Shown here: positions 23,240-31,771 of the stretch, in pieces
Numbering within the stretch: the first letter of the stretch is position 1
Layout: every line of letters starts with the position of its first letter
DNA from: an uncultured Armatimonadetes bacterium
GTDB lineage: Bacteria > Armatimonadota > UBA5829 > DTJY01
DNA length: 64,000 bases
Assembly: GCA_963717145.1 (NCBI GenBank)
Contig: OY970325.1
Coordinates: 2,496,001-2,560,000 of the forward strand
Direction: 5' to 3'
The notes under the pieces: generated by a model
What the model was told of the DNA's origin: nothing
The model's input: only the letters and a program-made list of their open reading frames with translations
Database searches by the model: none
Program-made: the position numbers and the translations under genes

Positions 23240-24397
23240 TCAAAACACCACCGGCAGCACCGAGTGAAGCAGCTCCCCAATGCTCATCATAACTGCCGCG
23301 CCGAGCATCACCTGGGGCATTCCCGTATTCCAGAACCGCCGCCATCCCGTCACATGGTAGGCGGGGTTCTCCCTGTATCTCGCGAGCAGGCTCTCACCCG
23401 CTCGGATCCCGCTCATCAACTGCCCCGGACTCGCCGGCTTGGTGGTCACATAATTCTGGACATACGCGCCGATGCTGCGCCACGCAAAGATCATGACGAA
23501 GATCGTCACCATTGCCACGATCTCCGTTCCGAACGCCTGGGCAATCAGCAGGAACAGCACCACCGCCGCTACTATGTTCGTGCCGCACCTGGGATGCACC
23601 CTCGGCATCCTCGCGACGGTATCCGGCTTGAGCGGCTCCCCATGCTCGATGGCGTGTACGACCTGGTGCTCGGCGGCATGATATCCCGACAACGGCGCCA
23701 GTCTCAGCAGCAAAAGAAACAGCGGGACGGACATGCCGAACATGATCGTGCGCGCGGTATCCATCCAACCCACCGGATTGAACCCGGTCCAGTTCAGAGC
23801 CGCCCAGAGGCGGATGCCGGTCGCATGCTCGATCGCCCAGGCCAGGCCGGCTATCAGGCCGATCGCCAGGTAGTTCAACATCATCAGCGAGACGCCCGCC
23901 AGAAACAGTCCGAAATCGCCCGCGCCGGCGCGGATATGGCCGGTGGTCAGATATACCCCCAGCGGTGTCGCCATTCCCGCGATCGAAGGCGGCCGAATGC
24001 TCATGGTGAGCGCACCCGCGACATCCGAGCGAGTCACAACTCCGAGATAGCGGCCGTACTCATCGATGATCGGAAGCACTCCTACCCCGTGTTCGTCCAT
24101 GACCGCCGCAGTCTGGCCCACGGACATGCGCGAGCTGCCATAGACGACTTCACGCGTCATCACCGATTCGACCGCCGCTGTCGCGGCATCAGGATCCCCG
24201 TCGCGCTTCACGAGGGCCGACAGAATGCCCGCCTCGCCGACCGTGCCGACCAGTCTGCCCGCATCGAGGACGGGCAGTTCGGTCACGCCTGAGACCCTCA
24301 GGGACTCGGCGGCTCGGGCGACGGTGTCGGTCGCGGCGACGGGCGCCACGATCTTGAGAATATTCAGAATCGGCCCATCTCGCATATCTCGGTCCAA
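23240..24397 (-). CDS. CBS-pair plus DUF1385 membrane protein
   Basis: Two CBS domains, then YHAAEHQVVHAIE and HPRCGT (DUF1385 motifs). Confidence 0.85.
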   Translation of the reverse strand: MDRDMRDGPILNILKIVAPVAATDTVARAAESLRVSGVTELPVLDAGRLVGTVGEAGILSALVKRDGDPDAATAAVESVMTREVVYGSSRMSVGQTAAVMDEHGVGVLPIIDEYGRYLGVVTRSDVAGALTMSIRPPSIAGMATPLGVYLTTGHIRAGAGDFGLFLAGVSLMMLNYLAIGLIAGLAWAIEHATGIRLWAALNWTGFNPVGWMDTARTIMFGMSVPLFLLLLRLAPLSGYHAAEHQVVHAIEHGEPLKPDTVARMPRVHPRCGTNIVAAVVLFLLIAQAFGTEIVAMVTIFVMIFAWRSIGAYVQNYVTTKPASPGQLMSGIRAGESLLARYRENPAYHVTGWRRFWNTGMPQVMLGAAVMMSIGELLHSVLPVVF

Positions 24398-24455
24398 ACC
24401 CTTGCAGAACCTGCCCGATGTGTGCTATTATGAAGTGTTGTGCGTCTCAACATCC

Positions 24456-24519
24456 GTAGTGGCCGTGCCTCAGTGCCGGCCAGTAACGTGATTGGCCGGC
24501 ACTGAGGCACGGCCACTAC
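24456..24519. repeat. GTAG-type REP doublet, family A copy 4 (upstream of rpmB)
   Basis: Same 26-bp unit as an inverted pair. Confidence 0.9.
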
Positions 24520-24559
24520 ACAAGGTTTTCCTACCGATCAGCAGGAGGTTTACTCGATA

Positions 24560-24778
24560 ATGGCACGAACTTGTGATGTCTGCGGCAAAGGCCCGCAGTT
24601 CGGTCAGAATATCCGTCACCAGCACTCCGGATCGTGGGCATTGCGCGCCCCCAAGACCAAGCGCAGATGGAATCCCAACCTGCAGACCGTCCGCGTCGCC
24701 AATGGCAAGACCAGCACGCGACAGATGTCAGTCTGCGCCAAGTGCCTCAAGGCCGGCAAGGTCGTCAAGGCCACTTAG
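24560..24778 (+). CDS. rpmB: 50S ribosomal protein L28 (Cys-containing type)
   Basis: MARTCDVCGK...TKRRWNPNLQ...CAKCLKAGKV; AGGAGG RBS. Confidence 0.95.
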   Translation: MARTCDVCGKGPQFGQNIRHQHSGSWALRAPKTKRRWNPNLQTVRVANGKTSTRQMSVCAKCLKAGKVVKAT

Positions 24779-24789
24779 CCGAAAAAAGC

Positions 24790-24862
24790 GAAGTCAGAAG
24801 TCAGAAGTCAGGAGTCAGAATGGATTCCGCTTCTTCTGACTTCTGGCTTCTGACTCCTGACT
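24790..24862. repeat. Heptamer array (AGTCAGA)n with inverted array; likely bidirectional terminator hairpin
   Basis: agtcagaagtcagaagtcaggagtcagaa ... ttctgacttctggcttctgactcctgact between convergent genes. Confidence 0.8.
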
Positions 24863-24873
24863 ACCGGATTATA

Positions 24874-26166
24874 CTATAATCCCCCTGTTTTCGCAACCCA
24901 TTCCGGGATCGCATCCGCCGTCTGCAGAGCCGCCGCACCGCCCTGCGCGAGTGCACTGAAAAGCCTCTCGACCTCACCATCCATGAAGTCCCGCTCCGCG
25001 TATGACTCCGGCTTCCCGATGACCGCCACTCGCTTCCCCTGCTCCATCGCACGAACCGCCAGGCGCAGGTTCGAGACATTCCCCGAGCCGAAAGGAACCT
25101 CCGCCACCACTATGACATCGGCGGCCGAGATGAAGTTCCAGTTCGCCGATTCCGCCGCCTCCGAGACCGGCGAGAACGGCGCATCCTCGACGTACTCGAT
25201 GCCGAGCGACTCCGCCGCCTCCTGATCCGAGTCGCCGAGGTTGATGACCCCAGCGGTCACCTCGCATCCCGACTCCAGTAGGTGCGTGAACACCGGCAGA
25301 CCGCTTCCCCCGCCGCAGATGACGTGCGCCTTCAGCCTCGGACGGTCGCTTGCCTCGGCAAACCGCGCCGAAAACGCCCGGCTGCCTGTGGAGAGGATAT
25401 ACGGCCTCCCGGACGTGGGATGCTTCCGCACCCAGACCGACGTGCCGTAGACGCAGCCCACGTTGTTGGCGGTGATGACATCCTCGGGCGGGCCGTCGGC
25501 ATAGAGTCGCCCATCCTTGACCATCAGGAGGCGACTGCAGAACTCGGCGGCGAGATTGAGGTCGTGCAGGACGACGATGACCGTCTTGCCGTTAGCGGTG
25601 TTCTCCCGTCTGAGAAGGTCCAGTATCTCCACTTGATAGCTGAGATCGAGGTGCGCGGTCGGCTCGTCGAGGAGCAGGATGTCGGTCTGCTGGGCGAGTG
25701 CTCGGGCGATGATCGCGCGCTGACGCTCTCCGCCGCTCAGTTCCACGATCCTGCGGTCGGCATACTGCAGCAGGTTCGTGCGCTTGAGCGCGTCGGCGGC
25801 AAAGTCGAGGTCGGACCGCTTCTCCAGTTCGAACCGCCCGAGATGCGGCGCCCGGCCCATGAGGACGACTTCCAGCACTGTGAACTCGAAGGCGACCGGG
25901 CTGTCCTGCGGCACGACGGCGACCATTCGGGCGAGATCACGCCCGCGGATCGTGGATATATCGCGCCCATTGAGGGAGACCGTGCCGCTCGCGGGTCGGA
26001 GCGCGCCGACCATCGTCTTGAGGAGCGTGGACTTGCCCGACCCATTCGGCCCGACGATGCCGACGAATTCACCGGCGTTGATGTGGAAGCCGATGTCCCG
26101 AAGGACATCGGCTGAATCATAGGCTACGCAGATTCCGTTCAGTTCGAAAAGCTTCGACATACTCAT
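24874..26166 (-). CDS. FecE/BtuD-like ABC ATPase with C-terminal extension
   Basis: GPNGSGKST, LSGGERQR, LDEPTAHLD, LHDLNLA; extra domain starting HVICGGGSG. Confidence 0.88.
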   Translation of the reverse strand: MSMSKLFELNGICVAYDSADVLRDIGFHINAGEFVGIVGPNGSGKSTLLKTMVGALRPASGTVSLNGRDISTIRGRDLARMVAVVPQDSPVAFEFTVLEVVLMGRAPHLGRFELEKRSDLDFAADALKRTNLLQYADRRIVELSGGERQRAIIARALAQQTDILLLDEPTAHLDLSYQVEILDLLRRENTANGKTVIVVLHDLNLAAEFCSRLLMVKDGRLYADGPPEDVITANNVGCVYGTSVWVRKHPTSGRPYILSTGSRAFSARFAEASDRPRLKAHVICGGGSGLPVFTHLLESGCEVTAGVINLGDSDQEAAESLGIEYVEDAPFSPVSEAAESANWNFISAADVIVVAEVPFGSGNVSNLRLAVRAMEQGKRVAVIGKPESYAERDFMDGEVERLFSALAQGGAAALQTADAIPEWVAKTGGL

Positions 26167-26242
26167 CAGGCCGCCGAGGGATCCGGCGCTGCAGGACGTT
26201 CAAGCAGCCCGATGATAGCACAGCCGAGCGTGGGCGGGCAAA

Positions 26243-27709
26243 TCACTGTGGCGGGCTCGGCCCTATTGTCACAGTCACAGTTTCCTGTGGCTCAGGGCGA
26301 CGCTTGCGGTTCACGTACCATTCGGGGTCTGTACCGAATCCCGTCAGGATCACCGCTCCGAAGCCGATCAGGGTCAGCACGAACACCGCCAGGCCCCCCG
26401 CGAACGGCACCAGTTCCACGAGGGCCATTATGAGTATGCCCAGGGCCGCCGCCAGGATGCCGTTTGCGATCGGCCTGTTCACCGCATCCCCGACTTTTCG
26501 TCCCACTGCAAGGCCGACCGCGATCCGGGCGAACGCCCAGGCGATCACAACGAGCAGCGCCTCGACCGCAATCAAGGGTATCCCTATGCACGATACCAGC
26601 AGCAGCAGGGCGATCGGCAGGATCAGCACGGCCGCCACGACTCCGTAGAGCATCGAAGGCCCGGGCCGGTCGAGTACGGTCTCGGCCACCATGTTGGCGC
26701 GCACGGGGAACAGCGCGACCACCAGCACGGCCAGGACTATGAACAGCAGCCCCTTGAACAGGGAGATCAGCCCGCCTATGAGCGCGAAGTGCTCCCAGCC
26801 GTCAAAACTCCATCCCTTGAAGCTGCCGAAGAAGGGGAGCCTGATGCTCTGGGTATCGCCGCCGATGTACCCGTCGCCCTCCTTGACAACTCGCCCGCCG
26901 ACAGCCACCGCGTCACCATCGATGCGGCCTCCGGGCATGACAGTGACGTTCCCCATCACCGCCACAGCATCGCCTGTGACGTGACCGTGAACTACAACGC
27001 CTCCCATCACGGAAACGGCGTCGCTGACCGTCTCACCTTTGCGGACGACGACTGGGCCGCTCACCTCGACCTTCTCGGAACCTCTTGAACCGGCCTCCGC
27101 GCTCTCCGGTTCGTTGACCGAGAGCGACACCGGCCCCTCGACTATTCCTCCGGCCCCTCGCGTATCGAGAACGCGGACTGCGATAACGTTCGGCTGTCCG
27201 AAGCGAATCGCATCGCCTGGGATCCGGTAGGAACGGCGGATGTCGGAACTCGCTTGCGCGGTCGTGGTCGTCTGCCCGATGGGGGTTCCGTTCAGGTACG
27301 CCCAGTCCATGTCGTCAATCCGACCAAGGTTGAGGTACAGCACCTTGCCTTTGAGGGTAACCGGAATCACGACAGACTTCTGATACCATGCATAGCCGCT
27401 GTAGGGCACCTTCAGATCATCGTCCTTCCAGGCAGGATTGGCCTCAGCGAAACCCTGATCCTCCCAACTGCCGGGTACACTGATCTTCTTCCACGTCGCG
27501 TAGTCGTGCCCAGGCTTCTGCCAGCCGAGTTTCTGGCCACTGTCCGTCGGGTCGGTCTGGAACTTCCAGTCGCCCGACAAGTCAATCCTCTCCGACACGA
27601 TGTTCATCTCACCGGTCCGTACCTCCGCGCGGGCCGTCGTGCAGACAGCGCACAGGGCGACGGTCAGCACTATCAAAGCTCTGGTAACTATCGTTTTCAT
27701 CTTCGACAA
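26243..27709 (-). CDS. Membrane protein: GH2-type sugar-binding domain, bactofilin-like repeats, TM bundle
   Basis: Signal peptide; IDLSGDWKF...VPGSW...GYAWY...LGRIDD; GDAVAVxG repeats; hydrophobic C-terminus. Confidence 0.7.
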   Translation of the reverse strand: MSKMKTIVTRALIVLTVALCAVCTTARAEVRTGEMNIVSERIDLSGDWKFQTDPTDSGQKLGWQKPGHDYATWKKISVPGSWEDQGFAEANPAWKDDDLKVPYSGYAWYQKSVVIPVTLKGKVLYLNLGRIDDMDWAYLNGTPIGQTTTTAQASSDIRRSYRIPGDAIRFGQPNVIAVRVLDTRGAGGIVEGPVSLSVNEPESAEAGSRGSEKVEVSGPVVVRKGETVSDAVSVMGGVVVHGHVTGDAVAVMGNVTVMPGGRIDGDAVAVGGRVVKEGDGYIGGDTQSIRLPFFGSFKGWSFDGWEHFALIGGLISLFKGLLFIVLAVLVVALFPVRANMVAETVLDRPGPSMLYGVVAAVLILPIALLLLVSCIGIPLIAVEALLVVIAWAFARIAVGLAVGRKVGDAVNRPIANGILAAALGILIMALVELVPFAGGLAVFVLTLIGFGAVILTGFGTDPEWYVNRKRRPEPQETVTVTIGPSPPQ

Positions 27710-27730
27710 ACCTCCGGATTCAGAGATAGC

Positions 27731-28315
27731 TCAACAAAACATCGCAGACGTCCTGGTCACCCTCCGACGTCCGAAGAAGATCATGAGGACCGCCACCAGG
27801 AACAGCGCGTCGAACGCGAGAAACGCCAGGATGGCTGGAGATGCGTCGGCGACCAGCCGCATCGAAAGCTCCATCAGCGAGAGCGCGTTTCGAGCCACGA
27901 TTCCAAGCACGGCCCAAGCCGTCTTCGCATAGCCGATCGCGCCTACTACAATGCGGTCCACTGACCACGACGCCATCCAGCCGTAGAGCGCGAACCCGAG
28001 CGCGGATAGAATCACGAGGCCCGCAAGCCAGGATGCGCCGAGCCATGCGAGGACGGGCCTCGGGTAGCGCACTCCGGCGGCATGCCTCGACGCGGGGTGG
28101 GCATCCGGCAGCCGAGCCATCACCGCCCCGACAATATCAACGACAGGCAGATCGTCTCGCCCCTCATCGATAATGCGGCACATCTCCGACATGCCCGCCT
28201 GCCACTCGCGGCAAGCCGTGCACTCCTGCGCGTGCCGGGCAGCTTCCGATGCAAGCGGATGGGTTTCGCCATCCAGAACCCCGTTCAGGATCTCTCGTGC
28301 CTTGTCGCAGTTCAT
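27731..28315 (-). CDS. Zinc-binding anti-sigma factor
   Basis: MNC...HAQECTAC (ZAS motif) plus TM segments, downstream of ECF sigma. Confidence 0.85.
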   Translation of the reverse strand: MNCDKAREILNGVLDGETHPLASEAARHAQECTACREWQAGMSEMCRIIDEGRDDLPVVDIVGAVMARLPDAHPASRHAAGVRYPRPVLAWLGASWLAGLVILSALGFALYGWMASWSVDRIVVGAIGYAKTAWAVLGIVARNALSLMELSMRLVADASPAILAFLAFDALFLVAVLMIFFGRRRVTRTSAMFC

Positions 28316-28875
28316 ATCGACACCTCAACTCCTGCCAATCGCCGCCTGAGCCTCTCCCTGGCGAGGTGGAGATCGGACTTCACCGTGCCCTGCGGCCTTC
28401 CGGTCGCCTCGCTGATCTCCCTGATGCTCAGGCCATTGAAGTGAAACATCACCAAAGCCGCACGATGGTTCTCCGGCAGCTCGAGGACAGCCTGATTCAG
28501 TCGTCTGCTCGTGTCGCTCTGAAGCGCCACCTGCTCCGGCGACTGAGCGTCGGATGCCAGTTCGCTCGCGCCGGATTCATCATCGTCGATCGAATCGGCC
28601 CGGCGCAGAGCGCGCCGCCTCAGGGAATCAAGGCAGGCGTTCCGAGCTATGCGGAACACCCACGTGAGGAACTGAGCATCCTGCCTGAACGACTCCAGAG
28701 CATGGTAAGCCTTCACGAAGCTCTCCTGGGCAGCGTCGGCCGCGTCATCGGCATTGCCGAGCATGCGGTAACACAGGCTGTAGACCTGGCGCTGGTACTT
28801 CCGCACCAACAAGTCAAAGCCCGCGTTGTCGCCCGCGAGGCATCTCTGTACAAGCTCGGCATCGGATGGTCCCAA
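28312..28875 (-). CDS. ECF sigma-70 factor (SigW-like)
   Basis: DAADAAQESFVKAY, FLTWVFRIARN, GTVKSDLHLAR. Confidence 0.93.
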   Translation of the reverse strand: MGPSDAELVQRCLAGDNAGFDLLVRKYQRQVYSLCYRMLGNADDAADAAQESFVKAYHALESFRQDAQFLTWVFRIARNACLDSLRRRALRRADSIDDDESGASELASDAQSPEQVALQSDTSRRLNQAVLELPENHRAALVMFHFNGLSIREISEATGRPQGTVKSDLHLARERLRRRLAGVEVSI

Positions 28876-28909
28876 TCCTCCAGCCTCTCTTCACTGCGCC
28901 TTCACAGGT

Positions 28910-28937
28910 ATTACGGACGAGGATCAGACGTGGTTGA
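28910..28937 (-). promoter_or_regulatory. Putative autoregulatory ECF promoter
   Basis: TCAACC-N16-CGTAAT on the minus strand, matching the AAC/CGT consensus of SigW-like promoters. Confidence 0.55.
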
Positions 28938-28969
28938 GGGTATTTTCGACGGGGAGGATGCAGCGACCT

Positions 28970-29033
28970 TGGAGTGGTGGAGCAATGGAGTATTGGGGAA
29001 TTGGGCGGCGAACCCAGTACTCCAACACTCCAT
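28970..29033. repeat. Octamer-based hairpin repeat (TGGAGTRN)n
   Basis: tggagtggtggagcaatggagtattggg ... cccagtactccaacactcca. Confidence 0.65.
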
Positions 29034-29036
29034 TCG

Positions 29037-30026
29037 CTAGAAGTAGTTGAGGTGCATGGCCTCGCGGACCTCGGACATCGTCTTCGCGCCTTCCTGACGG
29101 GCGCGCTCGGTGCCGGAGCGGAGGATATCCTCGACCAGATCGGGATTATCTTCATACTTCGCACGACGCTCGCGCATCGGTTGGAGCAGCGTATTGAGCG
29201 CGGCAGAGAGGCGCTTCTTGCAGTCGACGCAGCCGATCTCCGCGGTTTCGCACGCCGGACGAAGCTCGGCGACGAAGTCGGGGTTGAAGACCTTGTGATA
29301 CTCGAAGACGGTGCAGACATCCGGGTGACCGAGATCGGTCCGACGCTGCCTGGCCGGATCGGTGATCGCCATGCTGATCTTCTGAGCAACCTCCGCCTCG
29401 GAATCGCTGAGGTAAATGCAGTTGCCGATGCTCTTGCTCATCTTGGCATTTCCGTCAGTCCCGACGAGCCGCCCAACCTCACCGACGAGGGCCTCGGGCT
29501 CGACGAGCACCGGCTTGTACAACTCGTTGAACCGCCGGGCGATCTTGCGCGCGAACTCGACGTGCGGGACCTGGTCCGCGCCCACCGGCACGAGGTTCGC
29601 CTTACAGAACGTGATATCCGCGGCCTGGCTCACTGGATAGCCGAGGAATCCATAGGTCATGTCCTCGTAGCCATACTGCTTGGCCTCGGTCTTGATAGTG
29701 GGATTGTGGCGCAGGACGTTCACCGTGATGAACATCGAGTAGAAGATGGTCAGTTCGGCGATCTGGGGGACCATCGACTGGACGAAGATCGTGCACTTCT
29801 CCGGCTCCAGTCCGACGGCAAGGTAGTCCGTCGCCACCTGCCTGACATCGTCCGGAAGCCGCTCGGGCGACTCGAAGTTGGTCGTCAGCGCCTGAACGTC
29901 CGCGATGATGATGAAAGTGTCGTACTCGTGCTGGAGCCTGACTCGATTGGCGAGCGAGCCCACGTAGTGCCCCAGATGCAGTTTGCCTGTCGGTCGGTCG
30001 CCGGTCAGGATTCTTCCTTTGGTCAT
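29037..30026 (-). CDS. trpS: Tryptophan--tRNA ligase
   Basis: TGDRPTGKLHLGHYVG, YPVSQAADI, VPVGADQ, KMSKS; start MTKGRIL at 30026. Confidence 0.97.
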   Translation of the reverse strand: MTKGRILTGDRPTGKLHLGHYVGSLANRVRLQHEYDTFIIIADVQALTTNFESPERLPDDVRQVATDYLAVGLEPEKCTIFVQSMVPQIAELTIFYSMFITVNVLRHNPTIKTEAKQYGYEDMTYGFLGYPVSQAADITFCKANLVPVGADQVPHVEFARKIARRFNELYKPVLVEPEALVGEVGRLVGTDGNAKMSKSIGNCIYLSDSEAEVAQKISMAITDPARQRRTDLGHPDVCTVFEYHKVFNPDFVAELRPACETAEIGCVDCKKRLSAALNTLLQPMRERRAKYEDNPDLVEDILRSGTERARQEGAKTMSEVREAMHLNYF

Positions 30027-30268
30027 GGTGCAGACTGCCTCAGTGCCTGCCTGGGACTCATCCTGTTCTTCTTGGCAGACAGAATATGGCGCAATGCCCG
30101 AGGCTTCTCCACCCACAGCGCATACTCCTCATCAGAGAACCCAAGGAACTCCGCCAGCGAGCGACCGTCATCCGACTTGTGCCACAACTCCACATATTGG
30201 TCTATATCTTTTGGATCTGCCTGTCCCTCGAAACACAGATCAACGAAAGTTTTTTCGTGCTCAGACAT
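30023..30268 (-). CDS. Small protein with acidic N-terminal part, putative immunity/antitoxin
   Basis: 81 aa; start overlaps the toxin stop, stop overlaps the trpS ATG (ATGA). Confidence 0.6.
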   Translation of the reverse strand: MSEHEKTFVDLCFEGQADPKDIDQYVELWHKSDDGRSLAEFLGFSDEEYALWVEKPRALRHILSAKKNRMSPRQALRQSAP

Positions 30269-30491
30269 TCAGCATCCGTCCTCTCACAGGCCCCTTGACA
30301 AGCTTACCAGTTACAGCGTCCAAGCTGCCCAGGTGAAACCCCCGCTTGTTGAACGCTTCAATCTCACCGTGAAGTGAGTCCCAGGTGTAGAGTCTCTCGC
30401 CATCGGGTGATCTCCATACCTTCCGACGATTTCGTACTGTGCTATCGAGGTTATCTAGGAAACCAGGACGTGGTCTCGTCTTGCCAGCCAA
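30261..30491 (-). CDS. Stand-alone colicin E3-like RNase (Cytotoxic domain) toxin
   Basis: RKVW..DGERLYTWDSLHGEIEAFNKRGFHLGSLDAVTG..KGP mirrors the colicin E3 C-terminal YEWDSQHGELEGY...HLGSFDPKTG; TTG start after GGGGAG. Confidence 0.8.
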   Translation of the reverse strand: MAGKTRPRPGFLDNLDSTVRNRRKVWRSPDGERLYTWDSLHGEIEAFNKRGFHLGSLDAVTGKLVKGPVRGRMLNV

Positions 30492-30531
30492 CGCAGACTC
30501 CCCATGTGAGTATCGGTCGTGCTCTTCCATC

Positions 30532-30540
30532 ATTATAACA
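30532..30540 (-). promoter_or_regulatory. Extended -10 promoter upstream of toxin-immunity-trpS
   Basis: TGTTATAAT on the minus strand. Confidence 0.5.
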
Positions 30541-30609
30541 TGATGCAGCCTGAGAAGAAAAGACTGGCCCATGCAGGCGACGATGGCTAAGAGCCCATAC
30601 CGATCAGTT

Positions 30610-30783
30610 CTAGTCTTGATCGCAGACAGCCAGGTAACCCCTCATGGCCTCTTGGATGTTGGTCAGCGCTTCTTCTCTCGTCTTGCCCTGAGAATGACAC
30701 ACGGGAAGGGCCGGAACGCTGGCAACGATCCAGCCGCTTTCCCCCTGCTCAAGGACAACGGCATATCTAGGTTTCACTCGCAC
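30610..30783 (-). CDS. hicB: HicB-family antitoxin, short orphan (57 aa; not in ORF track)
   Basis: MRVKPRYAVVLEQGESGWIVASVPALPVCHSQGKTREEALTNIQEAMRGYLAVCDQD; AGGAGG RBS. Confidence 0.8.
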   Translation of the reverse strand: MRVKPRYAVVLEQGESGWIVASVPALPVCHSQGKTREEALTNIQEAMRGYLAVCDQD

Positions 30784-31771
30784 TACCTCCTGATCCCGTA
30801 ACTAGAGTAACGCACTGGGGGCGAAATGTCAACGCTCGACAGGTCGGTAGTCCTTCAACCTCGATCGGGATCTGCACGATATCCGACACGCCGGACTTGG
30901 TGAGGTGGCACGTCAGGATCGTGGTCTGCTTGCAGTTCTTGAACGGCGAGTCGAAGAGGAAGTTGCCGAGACTGTACGCGATCACCCCGCCGTGGTACTT
31001 CTCGACCTTCTGCAGGACGTGCGGATGGTGGCCGAGAATGAGGTCCGCGCCGGCGTCGATGATCTTGTGGGCAAGCTCGACCTGGGCGGGCTGCGAATGC
31101 ATCCGGTACTCGATGCCCCAGTGGAGGCTGACGATCACGACATCCGCCTGCTCGGACGCCTGCCGGACCTCCGACTCGATCGTCTCGGTATCGAGGTAGG
31201 ACGAGTTCGGCGCATCCGGGCGGAACCATGCGCCCTCCGGCAGCCACGCGTTCCGGGCAAGGAAGGCGATCCTGATCCCCTTCAAGGTCATGATGACCGG
31301 CAGAGCCGCGTCCGACGGAGTGTCCCCCGCGCCGATGTATGCGATCCCACTCTTCGCGAGATAGTGCATCGTCTCGATGAGGCCCGGACGGCTGCAGTCC
31401 ATGCTGTGGTTGTTCGCCAGCGATATCATGTCGAACCCCCCGTCGGTCAGGCATTCGACGTTCGCCGGATCTGCCTTGAAGCAGATCGGCTTCGTGACCT
31501 TGATGCCCCGAGCCGAGAGCGGGCACTCCAGGTTGCAGAAAGCAAGGTCAGCCCCCCGAGTCGTCTCCCGGACGCCCTTGAACGGCCACTCGATGCCGTA
31601 CTTCCTGATCTGCTTGTCGATCCCGCGGTCGAGCATCACATCACCGACCGCCATGAGCGTGATCGACGGCTCCGGCGCAGGCGGACGCACCTGGCGCTTC
31701 CTGCATCCACTCGGGCCTGTGAGTAGAATCGCGATGCCGAGCAGCCAGACTGTCCGCCGGAATTCTAGCAA
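30767..31771 (-). CDS. CapA/PGA_cap metallophosphoesterase-like protein
   Basis: GDVMLDR, NLE, LANNH..D, HWG.EY, GHHPHV, YSLGNF; true stop probably 30829 (suspected indel near 30856). Confidence 0.9.
   Translation of the reverse strand: MLEFRRTVWLLGIAILLTGPSGCRKRQVRPPAPEPSITLMAVGDVMLDRGIDKQIRKYGIEWPFKGVRETTRGADLAFCNLECPLSARGIKVTKPICFKADPANVECLTDGGFDMISLANNHSMDCSRPGLIETMHYLAKSGIAYIGAGDTPSDAALPVIMTLKGIRIAFLARNAWLPEGAWFRPDAPNSSYLDTETIESEVRQASEQADVVIVSLHWGIEYRMHSQPAQVELAHKIIDAGADLILGHHPHVLQKVEKYHGGVIAYSLGNFLFDSPFKNCKQTTILTCHLTKSGVSDIVQIPIEVEGLPTCRALTFRPQCVTLVTGSGGSASET

Noticed and set aside
26170-26242. Cobalamin riboswitch before the BtuD/FecE-like ATPase
   Set aside because: Intergenic space is too short and no B12-box is visible
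30027-30600. T-box leader for trpS (also checked for alaS and argS)
   Set aside because: Upstream regions are occupied by adjacent or coupled ORFs and no T-box consensus was seen
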